A stretch of 64,000 nucleotides of DNA from Edaphocola sp. (GCA_037190225.1 JBBCJL010000001.1:317035-381034); one strand, 5' to 3'. Shown: positions 1 through 9,883, counted from the first letter of the stretch. A program made the numbers and translations. Notes: a model not told the origin generated them from the letters alone.

Positions 1-1
1 T

Positions 2-1345
2 GGCATATCGGACCCCACATTGAACGGTCTTATCAGCAGGTATAACGAGACGCAGCTGCTGGTGCAGAAACTTTCTTCAACCCTGGAGGCCGAAAACCCG
101 CAGATACACGGCCTGAAGACCGAGCTGAGCATCCTGAAGACCAAGATACTGGAGAGCATCAATAACACCAAGAATAATATCAACGTTGTTAAGAATAACC
201 TGAAATCCCAGGTCGGCGAGACGCAGAACCGTGCCCGCACCATGCCCTATATTGAGCGTGCTATGACCGATATCCAGAGACAGCAGGCCATTAAGCAGAA
301 CCTGTACTCTTTCCTGCTGCAGACCAAGGAAGAGGCTATCATCTCTATGGCGGCAAATGTGAGCAACTCCAGGATCATTGATAAGGCAAGAGCGTCCACC
401 ATTCCCGTAAAGCCGGAGAAAAGGATGGTGTACCTGGTAGCCATACTCGGCGCCCTGGTGATTCCCGCGCTGCTGGTGTACGGAAAAGACTATTTCAATA
501 ATAAGATACAATATCTTTCTGATGTCACCAGTGTGACCAGCGTACCCATACTGGGCGAGCTGATCCATAGTGATGTGGATGATACCCTGGTGGTGGAGGA
601 AAAAAGCCGGACGGCCATCAGTGAGCTGTTCAGGCTGATAAGGGCCAATCTTGAATTTATAGTGCCCGCTAAAAAGCATCATATCTACCTGGTGACCTCC
701 AGCTTGTCGGGAGAGGGTAAAACGTTCTTTAATATCAACCTCGGCGCTATCATAGCGCTTACCGGCAAAAGGGTCGTGGTGCTGGAAATGGATATCAGGA
801 AACCGCGTGTGTTCATGAACCTGGGGCTGACGCCGGAAAAGCCCGGTATAACCCGTTATATTGTCAACCCTGACCTGAGGGTAGAGGATATGATACAGCA
901 TCACCCCACTATCAAGGGATTTGACCTGATCGCTGCCGGACCGGTACCTCCTAACCCGAGCGAGCTGCTGTTAAGCGAGAGGATAAAGCAGATGTTCGAT
1001 ACGCTCCGGGAGCAGTATGATGTGGTGCTGATAGACAGCAGCCCGATAGGACAGGTGGCCGATGGCTTTACCATCGCGCAGCACGTGGATGCCACTATCT
1101 ATATGGTAAGATACAATTATACCTATAAGGAAAACCTCCAGATACTGAACGATATACATAAGAACCGTAAAATGCCTAATCTTATGGTGATGCTGAATGA
1201 TGCCAAGCCTGAAAACCAGAAATCATACGGCTACGGTTATGGTTATGGCTACGGTTATGGATACGGCTACGGTTATGGTACCTATGGTGCGGAGAAGCAG
1301 GAAGGGCTGATGGGCAAGATAAAGAATATCTTTAAAAGGAAATAA
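2..1345 (+). CDS. Polysaccharide-export tyrosine autokinase (BY-kinase, Wzc/GumC-like), C-terminal part; the 5' end lies upstream of the window
   Basis: The frame stays open from position 2, with no stop before the listed TTG at 20. A coiled chain-length-determinant-like region and a TM helix (VYLVAILGALVIPALLVY) precede a P-loop domain. That domain has Walker A SSLSGEGKTF, Walker A' VVVLEMDIRKP and Walker B DVVLIDSSP. The C-terminus carries a Tyr cluster, SYGYGYGYGYGYGYGYGTYG. Confidence 0.85.
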   Translation, partial: GISDPTLNGLISRYNETQLLVQKLSSTLEAENPQIHGLKTELSILKTKILESINNTKNNINVVKNNLKSQVGETQNRARTMPYIERAMTDIQRQQAIKQNLYSFLLQTKEEAIISMAANVSNSRIIDKARASTIPVKPEKRMVYLVAILGALVIPALLVYGKDYFNNKIQYLSDVTSVTSVPILGELIHSDVDDTLVVEEKSRTAISELFRLIRANLEFIVPAKKHHIYLVTSSLSGEGKTFFNINLGAIIALTGKRVVVLEMDIRKPRVFMNLGLTPEKPGITRYIVNPDLRVEDMIQHHPTIKGFDLIAAGPVPPNPSELLLSERIKQMFDTLREQYDVVLIDSSPIGQVADGFTIAQHVDATIYMVRYNYTYKENLQILNDIHKNRKMPNLMVMLNDAKPENQKSYGYGYGYGYGYGYGYGYGTYGAEKQEGLMGKIKNIFKRK

Positions 1346-1370
1346 TACGTAATCCATACATTTGACACAC

Positions 1371-1404
1371 AAAGGACGGCAGGATATTCCTGCCGTCCTT
1401 TTGC
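1371..1404 (+). terminator. Rho-independent terminator after the tyrosine kinase gene
   Basis: The stem aaaggacggcagg / cctgccgtccttt flanks a 5-nt loop and is followed by a T run. Confidence 0.7.
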
Positions 1405-1497
1405 CTGTCGCTTATTCGGTCATATGGCATATTTACAGTCTGAATATTATCGCAATGTTATTTGTATCTGTATAATATTCTGTTTTATGTCTTTTGT

Positions 1498-1528
1498 TTT
1501 GTATTAAATTCTGCTCATCTTATATTTG
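1498..1528 (+). promoter_or_regulatory. Bacteroidota-type promoter (-33 TTTG, -7 TAtaTTTG) for the Lrp/AsnC gene
   Basis: TTTG lies at 1498-1501 and TATATTTG at 1521-1528, with 19 nt between the boxes. The ATG at 1549 is 21 nt downstream. Confidence 0.5.
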
Positions 1529-1548
1529 CAGAATAATTGTCTTTTTTT

Positions 1549-2010
1549 ATGGAATACGCTTTAGACCAGGTGGATCTGCAGATACTGAAGCTGATGCAGG
1601 AAAACGGGCGCATCAATAATGCGGATATAGCGAGGCATCTCGGCATGGCTCCTTCCGCTGTGCTGGAGCGTGTCAAGAAGCTGGAGCAGAAAGAGGTGAT
1701 ACTGCAATATACTGCCAGGATCAACCCGCAGGCGCTGGAGCAGGATATGCTGGCCTATATTTTTATCAAGGCGCAGGATGTCATAGGCGACCAGAAGGTC
1801 GGCAGGCAGCTGGCGGCCTTGCCGGAAGTGCTGGAGGTACATGATATTGCGGGCGATGATGGCTATCTTATAAAGGTACGGACCCGTGATACCCAGGGGC
1901 TGGTCGGCCTCATGCGAAAGTCTCTCAGTAAAATAAAAGGCATTATATCCACCCGGACCACGATCGTGCTGGATACGCTGAAAGAAACAACTATTTTAAA
2001 TATCCCTTAA
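1549..2010 (+). CDS. Lrp/AsnC family transcriptional regulator
   Basis: The N-terminus has an HTH (LDQVDLQILKLMQENGRINNADIARHLGMAPSAVLERVKKLE) and the C-terminus an AsnC-type ligand-binding domain. I placed the start at the ATG at 1549 rather than the listed TTG at 1537. Confidence 0.85.
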   Translation: MEYALDQVDLQILKLMQENGRINNADIARHLGMAPSAVLERVKKLEQKEVILQYTARINPQALEQDMLAYIFIKAQDVIGDQKVGRQLAALPEVLEVHDIAGDDGYLIKVRTRDTQGLVGLMRKSLSKIKGIISTRTTIVLDTLKETTILNIP

Positions 2011-2021
2011 TTTTTTGTGTT

Positions 2022-3176
2022 ATGAGTGCACCTGCTGTATCACATCCCAATAAAGGTATGGTGATCCTCTGTTATGCAATAGTATATCTTGTCTGGGGCA
2101 GTACCTTCTTCTTTATTGAAAAGGCCCTGCACAGCTTCAGTCCCTTTGTGCTGGGGTCTCTCCGGTTCATACTGGCAGGCTCTCTCCTGTTTACATTCTG
2201 CGGTATACGGGGCTATGTGCTGTGGGATAAGAAAGCGGTGAAGGAAGCCGTGCTGGTCGGGTTTATCTTATTGTTCATTGATATGGCCGCTGTCATATGG
2301 TCGGAACAGTACATTTCCAGCGCTATCGTTTCCATATTGTCCGCTGCCTGTGCCATATGGTTCGTGGTCTTTGACAAGCCTAAATGGAAGGAAAACTTTT
2401 CTTCCGTACCCACTATCCTCGGCCTGGTCATGGGCTTCGCAGGAGTGTTGCTGCTGTTTGCAGAGCAGGCGCTTGAGGCTACGGGCAACGCAGAGAACGG
2501 GAGGATGAAGGTGATCGCTATGATCGTTATGGTGATCGGTACCATCGGGTGGACCGTAGGCTCGCTGATCTCCAAATATGCTGCCAGCAGGGAAGAAGGA
2601 GAAGTGCACCAGGCGGAAGATACGGATGAAGAGCAGCTGGAGCCGGTCCAGATGCACATCATGGTCAAAACCGCCTGGCAGATGCTGACCGCGGGGGTGG
2701 CCTTTACGCTGACCGCTCTTCTTACAGGGGAATATGCCGCCTTTGATATCCGGGCTGTGGCTACGGAACACTGGTACGCGTTGGGGTACCTGGCGGTATT
2801 CGGCTCTATCCTGGCCTTCAGCTCTTATTTATGGCTGCTGGAAGTAAGGCCGGCTACAGAGGTAAGCACCTATGCCTATATCAATCCCATAGTAGCGATG
2901 CTGCTGGTGTATTTCTTTACAGACCATCACGTGACGCAGCTACAGGTCTGGGGACTGGCAGTGGTGCTGGGATCCGTATTGCTGATGAACTGGAAAATGT
3001 ACAGCAGCAGCAGGACCGTTACAGCGCTGCGCAACAGGCGGTTCATCAAGCACCTGTACTATAAAAGCAGCATCCCGCGTATTATAGATCTCGTAGAGAT
3101 ACACTCGCTTCGGGAACGCATCAAAAGCAGAAGAAGGAAAAATTCGGGGACAGGTATCAGCAGCCCCGGATCATAA
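2022..3176 (+). CDS. EamA/DMT-family transporter
   Basis: The protein has about 10 predicted TM helices in two repeats, with typical EamA N-terminal sequence (VYLVWGSTFFFIEKAL). A basic cytoplasmic tail follows. Confidence 0.75.
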   Translation: MSAPAVSHPNKGMVILCYAIVYLVWGSTFFFIEKALHSFSPFVLGSLRFILAGSLLFTFCGIRGYVLWDKKAVKEAVLVGFILLFIDMAAVIWSEQYISSAIVSILSAACAIWFVVFDKPKWKENFSSVPTILGLVMGFAGVLLLFAEQALEATGNAENGRMKVIAMIVMVIGTIGWTVGSLISKYAASREEGEVHQAEDTDEEQLEPVQMHIMVKTAWQMLTAGVAFTLTALLTGEYAAFDIRAVATEHWYALGYLAVFGSILAFSSYLWLLEVRPATEVSTYAYINPIVAMLLVYFFTDHHVTQLQVWGLAVVLGSVLLMNWKMYSSSRTVTALRNRRFIKHLYYKSSIPRIIDLVEIHSLRERIKSRRRKNSGTGISSPGS

Positions 3177-3188
3177 AGATATACGATG

Positions 3189-3226
3189 AATGAGCAATCT
3201 AAAGCAGGTTGCTCATTTTTCTTTTT
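3189..3226 (+). terminator. Rho-independent terminator
   Basis: The stem atgagcaa / ttgctcat is followed by tttttcttttt. Confidence 0.55.
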
Positions 3227-3360
3227 GCCGGAATGGTAAAACGTAGAGAAACATTTTCTTTAGATATAGGATGATTTAAATGCAATTAAAAAAATAAAAT
3301 ATTAATATTATTATTTATTAATAATAATTTTTATATTGTGTTGTACTAAAATTACATCCC

Positions 3361-4734
3361 ATGAAAAAGATTATTTTCTGGCTCGCTGCGTCCTTTATGA
3401 CCGCTCCGGCCTTATTGGCGCAGACTCCCTGCCCGACAGTATCCAGCCTGGATCTCAGCACCGGGAGAGATGCTCTAACTTCGACCTTAATTCCATTTTC
3501 TAACCCTGATCCCAACTGGATCATTACGGGCTTAACGCCGGATTGCGCTGCTCTGCCGGGCGCGGTAAGCCTGGGGCAGGAAGCCAGGGTCTGCAATAAC
3601 TGGAGCCTGGGAGCCGGTACCGCCAGGTGGATATCGTTCCTGAATGCGGGGACCTATATAACCAATGCTTCGTTGCCTGTATTATCATACGGATTTACTG
3701 CAACACGAGCTTTCAGGGTCTGTGAAGAAGATTCCTTTTTATTCAGCTTTGATTTTGCGAATGATAACTTCTGTACCAATATCACCGTGGACGGCATACC
3801 TATCTTTCCTCCCCAGGCGCCATCAAGCAATACCAGTAATTATATGACCTTTACGCCCGTCAGCGCTGTTTTGGTCTTAGGGCCGGGCGTACATAATATT
3901 TCGGTAACGGTACACAATTACCCGGTTCAGAATTTCAGTAACCCGCATGGATTCATCCTTGTTGGCGGCGTGTCATCGCTGGCGTCCAATACATCATTAA
4001 TTGCGCCTGATGCCCCGGACAAATGTGAGTGCATACGTTACGAATGTTCTGACTACTGTTACTGGAGAGTAGAAGGTAATAATATTATCGGTGGCCGTAA
4101 TAAATTCGGTACTCTTTCCTATGATGATGTTGAGATCATCACGAATGGTAAGGATAGGGGCATATTTACCAGGGAAGGACTATTCGGGTGGAATACCATG
4201 GCGCCGACGGCCTATCTACACGTCAACTGTGCAGGTAATAATGAAAAGGAATCTGATGTCAGGTTTGAAGAATTAGAGAAGGGTACGGGCAATATATTGG
4301 TGATAGACAAAGAAGGCTACGTATATGACAGCAAAGTGCCGCTGGCGCTTTACGTAGAATATATGGAAAATATCAGGAATGAAAACAGGGAGCTTAAGGA
4401 GGAGCTGCAGGATCTGAAAGCTAAAATGGATATGCTGCTGAACCAGGCTGGCAATAAAGCCGAGCTGAAAAGCAACTACCTGGAACAAAACTATCCTAAC
4501 CCGTTTGAAGCTACAACTACCATAGCCTATAATGTTGTCTCCTATAAAAGGCAGGCTAATATCATCTTTGTTGATGCCCGGGGAGCTGAAATAGTCAACC
4601 ATGTAATTCACAATACAGGCAAAGGCCTTTTGACCGTAGATACCGGGAAAATGCGATCCCCGGGGATATATACCTACAGCCTGGTAATTGACGGCATCGT
4701 GGTGGATACTAAAAAAATGACCTTAGTACGGTAA
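3361..4734 (+). CDS. Secreted protein of unknown function with a T9SS C-terminal sorting domain
   Basis: A signal peptide (MKKIIFWLAASFMTAPALLAQ) opens the protein. The last ~85 aa match the type A Por secretion tail (NYLEQNYPNPFEATTTIAYNV...GIYTYSLVIDGIVVDTKKMTLVR). A short coiled coil (ENRELKEELQDLKAKMDMLLNQ) precedes the CTD. Confidence 0.75.
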   Translation: MKKIIFWLAASFMTAPALLAQTPCPTVSSLDLSTGRDALTSTLIPFSNPDPNWIITGLTPDCAALPGAVSLGQEARVCNNWSLGAGTARWISFLNAGTYITNASLPVLSYGFTATRAFRVCEEDSFLFSFDFANDNFCTNITVDGIPIFPPQAPSSNTSNYMTFTPVSAVLVLGPGVHNISVTVHNYPVQNFSNPHGFILVGGVSSLASNTSLIAPDAPDKCECIRYECSDYCYWRVEGNNIIGGRNKFGTLSYDDVEIITNGKDRGIFTREGLFGWNTMAPTAYLHVNCAGNNEKESDVRFEELEKGTGNILVIDKEGYVYDSKVPLALYVEYMENIRNENRELKEELQDLKAKMDMLLNQAGNKAELKSNYLEQNYPNPFEATTTIAYNVVSYKRQANIIFVDARGAEIVNHVIHNTGKGLLTVDTGKMRSPGIYTYSLVIDGIVVDTKKMTLVR

Positions 4735-4803
4735 TGCTTACGGATCGGTACGCAATTATTTTAAAAAATTGCGGTGCCGTTCATGTAACGGGCTATACAG
4801 GAC

Positions 4804-4835
4804 AAAAAAAGAGGCTTTTAAAAGCCTCTTTTTTT
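4804..4835. terminator. Bidirectional terminator between convergent genes
   Basis: The sequence aaaaaaagaggcttt-ta-aaagcctcttttttt forms a perfect stem with A/T runs on both sides. Confidence 0.75.
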
Positions 4836-4943
4836 CACATGGGGCCTGCCGGAATGTAGCAGGATGCACAAGCAACCCTGTCATTATGCGGTTAAGTCGT
4901 AATATTGGCAGGGTTGCTTGCTTTTCAGGCGGTCTCTTCTGCT

Positions 4944-7103
4944 TTATTTAAGGTGCAGGTCAAAATAATCCGTTACCTTCTGCATCAGGTGGACCCTGTC
5001 CCTGCCCAGCACATTATGCTGGTGGCCGGGATAGACAAAATAATCTGCCTGTATGCCTTTCTTTACCGATTGTTCTATGAACTTAATGGAATGCTGCCAT
5101 ACCACCACATCATCGTCCGTCCCGTGGATCAGCAGGAGGTTTCCTTTCAGCTTATCCACCTTGCTGCTGAGCTCTGTCAGCTCAAACCCTTTGGGATTCT
5201 CGCTCGGGTTGCTCATATATCTTTCCGTGTACATGATCTCGTACATGCTCCAGTCTATAACAGGTCCGCCGGCAACGCCCGCCTTGAATACATCAGGATA
5301 CCGGGTCATCAGCGAAGTGGTCATAAAGCCGCCGAAGCTCCACCCGTGCACACCCAGGCGGTCCGCATCCACGTAGCTTAAAGATCTGAGATAGGCCACC
5401 CCGGCAAGCTGGTCTTTCATTTCTACCTGTCCCAGCTGCTTATGCGTTGCGGATTCAAACTCAAATCCCCGGTTGCTGCTGCCCCGTCCGTCCATGGAGA
5501 AAATGATATACCCGTTCTGGGTCATATAATCGTACCACAGGTTGCCGCTCGCAGGGTAGCTGTTGGTAATGAGCTGCAGGTGCGGACCATTATACAGGTA
5601 CACGATTACCGGGTACTTTTTGCCGGGATCAAAATCGTGGGGCTTCATGAGCTTCCCGTACAGGAGGGTGCCGTCATCCGCGGTCAGTGTCACATTCTCT
5701 ACCTGCGCCGTAGCATATCCTTTGAGCTTATCCTCCGCTATCAGCAGTGTTTTTACATGGCCTTTCTGGGCGCTCAGCAGCTCTATGCTCCTGGGAGTGG
5801 TGCTGCTCTGATAGGCATTCAGGATATATTCTCCCCGGCTGTGCACCAGCGGTGTATGAATGCCGGGATTATTGTCTATCTTCCTGATATTGCCGTTGGT
5901 CCAGTTGACGGCGTATATATGACGTTCCCTGGCATCGTCCTTGGTGGCGGTAATGATCAGCTCCTTTTCATTTTTACGGATGCCGGCAATGTGGTTGACC
6001 AGCCAGGGGCCTTTCGTTACCTGGTTGAGCAGCTTGCCGTTCCGGTTGTACCGGTATAGGTGCATATAGCCGTCCCGCTGGCTCAGCCATACAAACTCTT
6101 CGTTAGATATAAAGAACAGCGGATGCTGCGGCTCCACATACTTACTGTTCTTCTCTTCAAAGAGCGTTCTGACAAACGCCCCGGTATGCGCGTCATACTG
6201 GTTCCACCTTAAATGGTTCTGCGCCCGGTTCAGTATGCCCACATAAATATCCTTTTCATCAGGGCTCCAGCTGACATTCGTCAGGTACTGATCCTTGGGT
6301 CCTTCCACCTGGAGATACACGGTATTCCCGGAAAGAATATTATAGACGCCGATGCTTACCTGGTGGGAGGTTTTTCCGGCCATAGGATATTTGATATTTT
6401 TGGCTGCGGCGGGAGTCGTGCTCCAGCTGATTACCGGGTAATCCGCTACCATGCTTTCATCCATCCTGTAAAAAGCCAGGAAATTATTACCGGGAGAAAA
6501 GAAGATGCCGTTATGGATACCGAACTCGTTCCTGTGAACGGACTGGCCGTAGATCACGTGGGGAACGGTGCTCTGGGCTACGGTATGCGTCTTTCCGAAA
6601 GCGTCCGTCAGCAGGAGATTATTATCAATGGTATAGGCAAGCTGCTTGCAGGCCCGGTCCCAGGTAACATTGGCTGCGTTGGACGGCAGCGTATATTGCT
6701 GTATCACCTTCCAGGCCTGCCTGGATTGCTGCTCCAGTATATAGCGCCGGTCCTTGTAGGTAACGACCATCTGGTCATCGGTATTCCATTGGTAGGAGGG
6801 GAAAAAATTCAGGGAGTCCTTCTGGAACAGCAGCGTATTGAGCTGTGACAGGTAGATCAGGGTGTCGGTATGCTTGTCCGCCGGGGCGTTTTGTATCAGG
6901 GCGATACTGCTGTTATTGCCTGCTACCTGGGTATAATGTACCGTTTTGCTGCGCCATTGAGGCTGTTTCAGGTTGTCCGGCATCAGGGCTCCGCCTCTTA
7001 GGCCCAGTACTGCTTCCTCCATGGTAAACTTTTTGGCCTGGGCCATGGATTGGAAACTGGCAAGGGCAGCTAACACGATGCCAAAGGTCAGTTTTGTTGT
7101 CAT
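4944..7103 (-). CDS. Dipeptidyl-peptidase IV / S9 family serine peptidase
   Basis: A DPP-IV N-terminal beta-propeller region is followed by an S9 catalytic domain. The catalytic residues are nucleophile GWSFGG, Asp in LLLIHGTDDDVV and His in YPGHQHNV. The start is set at Met24 (7103), which gives a signal peptide (MTTKLTFGIVLAALASFQSMAQA). The -7 box at 7133-7140 lies inside the longer listed ORF. Confidence 0.85.
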   Translation of the reverse strand: MTTKLTFGIVLAALASFQSMAQAKKFTMEEAVLGLRGGALMPDNLKQPQWRSKTVHYTQVAGNNSSIALIQNAPADKHTDTLIYLSQLNTLLFQKDSLNFFPSYQWNTDDQMVVTYKDRRYILEQQSRQAWKVIQQYTLPSNAANVTWDRACKQLAYTIDNNLLLTDAFGKTHTVAQSTVPHVIYGQSVHRNEFGIHNGIFFSPGNNFLAFYRMDESMVADYPVISWSTTPAAAKNIKYPMAGKTSHQVSIGVYNILSGNTVYLQVEGPKDQYLTNVSWSPDEKDIYVGILNRAQNHLRWNQYDAHTGAFVRTLFEEKNSKYVEPQHPLFFISNEEFVWLSQRDGYMHLYRYNRNGKLLNQVTKGPWLVNHIAGIRKNEKELIITATKDDARERHIYAVNWTNGNIRKIDNNPGIHTPLVHSRGEYILNAYQSSTTPRSIELLSAQKGHVKTLLIAEDKLKGYATAQVENVTLTADDGTLLYGKLMKPHDFDPGKKYPVIVYLYNGPHLQLITNSYPASGNLWYDYMTQNGYIIFSMDGRGSSNRGFEFESATHKQLGQVEMKDQLAGVAYLRSLSYVDADRLGVHGWSFGGFMTTSLMTRYPDVFKAGVAGGPVIDWSMYEIMYTERYMSNPSENPKGFELTELSSKVDKLKGNLLLIHGTDDDVVVWQHSIKFIEQSVKKGIQADYFVYPGHQHNVLGRDRVHLMQKVTDYFDLHLK

Positions 7104-7132
7104 ATATTGTAGTTGGGATATTTGAATACATG

Positions 7133-7140
7133 CAAACATA
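7133..7140 (-). promoter_or_regulatory. Candidate -7 box (TAtgTTTG) for the DPP-IV gene
   Basis: The minus strand reads TATGTTTG 30 nt upstream of the ATG at 7103. I saw no clear -33 TTTG. Confidence 0.35.
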
Positions 7141-7194
7141 CTCAAAAAAGTGGTTAATATACTATGGCGCATCTGGTATAATGGCGCTGTAAAT

Positions 7195-7231
7195 GGTCAG
7201 CCGTTACAGCTTTAAGCTGCAACGGCTGACC
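7195..7231 (-). terminator. Hairpin downstream of parC (terminator-like, no U tract)
   Basis: The arms ggtcagccgtt ... aacggctgacc enclose an inner palindrome, cagctttaagctg. The hairpin lies 40 nt after the parC stop. Confidence 0.4.
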
Positions 7232-7270
7232 GGTGGTTGTGTATTGCTGTTTCTGTAACCCGGGTGTTCA

Positions 7271-9841
7271 TCAATTATCGCTGAACAATTCCTGGACGAC
7301 AGGACCATTATCTTCATCCTTGTTGCCGGAGGATGCTGCTGCCTGCAACTCTTCTTCAGTCAGCGGGTCGGGGGTATCCAGCAAGCGTACGGACAGTATC
7401 TTTTCGTCCGTAAGCTTATTGCCCAGGGCTTTCCAGCCGCTGACGCCGACCTTCTCCGTAAGATCAACTTCCGTAACGACAGCGTTCGCTCTGGTCTTGC
7501 CCGTGCTCAGCTCCACCTGCGGGTGCGTATGGGTAGTGACGAATTCCAGCTTGTTCTTATTGCCCTCCTTAATGAACAGGAAACGCTGCTTCAATGTCTG
7601 TGTCTCGATCTGGAAACGCTTTACCGAATATTGCTTTTTATCGTTATCGAAATAAACGGCGGTGATGATGCGTTTGGGGTTGTATTTTTCCAGGAGATAA
7701 ATATCTTCCTGCTCAAAGCGGTAGCTCAGGTCGCAATCTTTCAGCTCATAATGCCCGTCCTTATAAAGGACCAGCAGCCTGTCTTCCACGTCAAAGCTGC
7801 CGATCAGGCGGCCGTAGCCATCCGTATTGAGCCTTCCCACCTGTTCGTCATACCATATCTTAGGCGCCTCCAGGGTGCTCTTGCCATGCTCTTTGAACTT
7901 CACCTGCCGTACCGGGTATTTGGTTACCTGGTTACCGTTGGAGCTCCGCCCTTTGATGCCCAGCTGTTCAAAATAATAATCGAAATTCTTGACCCTGGCG
8001 GTGCTGCCGGGCGACAGGGTAACGGTAACAACTTCCGCTTCCCCGTTGGGATTGGCGGTAAGATACATCACCTTGCTGCCTTTGCTGCCTTTGGTCAGGT
8101 CATACTCCTTATCGCGGGTGATGCCTGTTACATTGAAGCGTTTGGCATACACGATACCGGTGGCCCCGTCCATATACATCATATTATAGGTGGTACGGTC
8201 GTCATTTTTGCGGAATACGTCCACGTGGATGATATCCTTACCCACGAACGATTTGTCGCTGACCTTTGTCACCAGCATGCTGCCGTCTTTCCGGAAGACG
8301 ATGATATTATCAATATCGGAGCAGTCGGTAACGAACTCGTCCTTTTTCAGGCCCGTGCCCACAAAGCCTTCTTTCCTGTTGACATACAGCTTGGCATTGG
8401 CGATGGCGACCTTGGTGGCCTGTATGGTATCGAATATTTTGATCTCGGTTTTTCTTTCTTTGCCTGCGCCGTATTTTTTCAGCAGGCCGGTATAATAATC
8501 AATGGTGAAATCTGTTATATGCTCCATATTATGGCGGGTCTGCTCAATGGCCGCCTCCACGCCTTTAATATGCTCATCCGCCTTGAAAGCGTCATATTTG
8601 GAGATACGCTTGATCCGTATTTCGGTAAGCTTGATGATATCCTCTTCGCTTACCGTTCTCCGTAATAATTTCTTGAAAGGGTCCAGGCCTTTATCTATAG
8701 CCTTTAAGACGCCTTCCCAGGTGGTTTCTTCCTCTATATCGCGGTATATCCTGTTCTCAATGAAGATCTTTTCAAGAGAAGAATAGTGCCAGTCGCTTTC
8801 CAGCTCTTCCAGCTTTATTTCCAGCTCCCTGTAAAGCAGGTCGCGTGTGTTGTCTGCAGACCTTTTCAGTAAATGCTTCACACTGACAAACCGGGGCCTT
8901 TCCTCTTCAATGATACAGGCATTGGGAGAGATGGATACCTCGCAATCGGTAAAGGCGTATAAAGCGTCTATGGTCTGGTCGGTAGAGACCCCGGGAGCCA
9001 GCTGTATGGCCAGCTCCACTTCCTGGGCGGTATTGTCCGTAACGCTTTTGATCTTTATCTTGCCGGAATCATTGGCCTTAAGGATAGAATCTACCAGTTG
9101 CTGCGTGGTGATGCCGTAAGGAACGGATTTGATCAGCAGCGTTTTTTTGTCCAGCTCTTCTATGTGCACCCTTACCCTTACCTTGCCGCCGCGCTGACCT
9201 TCGTTATAGCCGGAAACATCTATGCTGCCGCCTGTAAGGAAGTCAGGATACAATTCAAAGGAGCGCCCTTTCAGATATTTTACGGAGCTATCTATCAGCT
9301 CGCAGAAATTATGCGGCAGTATCTTGGTAGAGAGGCCTACCGCGATACCTTCGGCACCCTGAGCCAGCAGCAGGGGAAATTTTACAGGCAGCGTCACCGG
9401 CTCGTTCTTACGGCCGTCATAGCTCAGCTGCCATTGTGTGGTCTTATTATTAAAGGCTATATCCAGCGCGAATTTGGACAGGCGGGCTTCGATATAACGG
9501 GAGGCGGCAGCAGGGTCGCCGGTCCTGACATCACCCCAGTTCCCCTGGGTCTCTATCAGGAGATCCTTCTGGCCCAGCGTGATGATGGCATCGCCGATGG
9601 ACTGGTCGCCGTGGGGATGGTACTGCATGGTCTGGCCTATGACGTTGGCCACTTTGTTGAACCGGCCGTCATCCATTTCCTTCATAGAATGAAGGATCCT
9701 CCTTTGTACGGGCTTCAGACCGTCTTCTACTGCGGGTACCGCTCTTTCCAGTATCACATAGCTTGCGTATTCCAGGAACCAGTTCTCGTACAGCTTATTG
9801 ATACCCGGGGCATTTCCCGTATGATGATTTTGCTCTTCCAT
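7271..9841 (-). CDS. parC: DNA topoisomerase IV subunit A (Bacteroidota-type ParC)
   Basis: Type IIA topoisomerase A-subunit motifs are present: AVPAVEDGLKPVQRRILHSM, QYHPHGD and QGNWGD. The active-site region is SRYIEARL. The length and C-terminal beta-pinwheel-like region fit ParC rather than GyrA. Confidence 0.8.
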   Translation of the reverse strand: MEEQNHHTGNAPGINKLYENWFLEYASYVILERAVPAVEDGLKPVQRRILHSMKEMDDGRFNKVANVIGQTMQYHPHGDQSIGDAIITLGQKDLLIETQGNWGDVRTGDPAAASRYIEARLSKFALDIAFNNKTTQWQLSYDGRKNEPVTLPVKFPLLLAQGAEGIAVGLSTKILPHNFCELIDSSVKYLKGRSFELYPDFLTGGSIDVSGYNEGQRGGKVRVRVHIEELDKKTLLIKSVPYGITTQQLVDSILKANDSGKIKIKSVTDNTAQEVELAIQLAPGVSTDQTIDALYAFTDCEVSISPNACIIEEERPRFVSVKHLLKRSADNTRDLLYRELEIKLEELESDWHYSSLEKIFIENRIYRDIEEETTWEGVLKAIDKGLDPFKKLLRRTVSEEDIIKLTEIRIKRISKYDAFKADEHIKGVEAAIEQTRHNMEHITDFTIDYYTGLLKKYGAGKERKTEIKIFDTIQATKVAIANAKLYVNRKEGFVGTGLKKDEFVTDCSDIDNIIVFRKDGSMLVTKVSDKSFVGKDIIHVDVFRKNDDRTTYNMMYMDGATGIVYAKRFNVTGITRDKEYDLTKGSKGSKVMYLTANPNGEAEVVTVTLSPGSTARVKNFDYYFEQLGIKGRSSNGNQVTKYPVRQVKFKEHGKSTLEAPKIWYDEQVGRLNTDGYGRLIGSFDVEDRLLVLYKDGHYELKDCDLSYRFEQEDIYLLEKYNPKRIITAVYFDNDKKQYSVKRFQIETQTLKQRFLFIKEGNKNKLEFVTTHTHPQVELSTGKTRANAVVTEVDLTEKVGVSGWKALGNKLTDEKILSVRLLDTPDPLTEEELQAAASSGNKDEDNGPVVQELFSDN

Positions 9842-9883
9842 ACACTCTTCTCTTTATTAAAATGGTCCGCAAATTTAAAAAAA

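Noticed and set aside
1226-1290. The YG-encoding hexanucleotide repeat as a phase-variation microsatellite
   Set aside because: The units are synonymous variants (tacggc, tatggt, tacggt, tatgga) rather than identical copies. Any slippage would stay in frame, so an on/off switch is unlikely. It is retained only as a possible tail-length polymorphism.
7104-7172. Longer N-terminal extension of the DPP-IV ORF (start at 7172). Similar upstream extensions occur at 1537, 11140, 29421, 41324, 43273, 44254 and 63000.
   Set aside because: The extensions begin at non-ATG or poorly placed codons. They precede an internal ATG that yields a proper signal peptide or a conserved N-terminus. In the DPP-IV case the extension contains the candidate promoter box.
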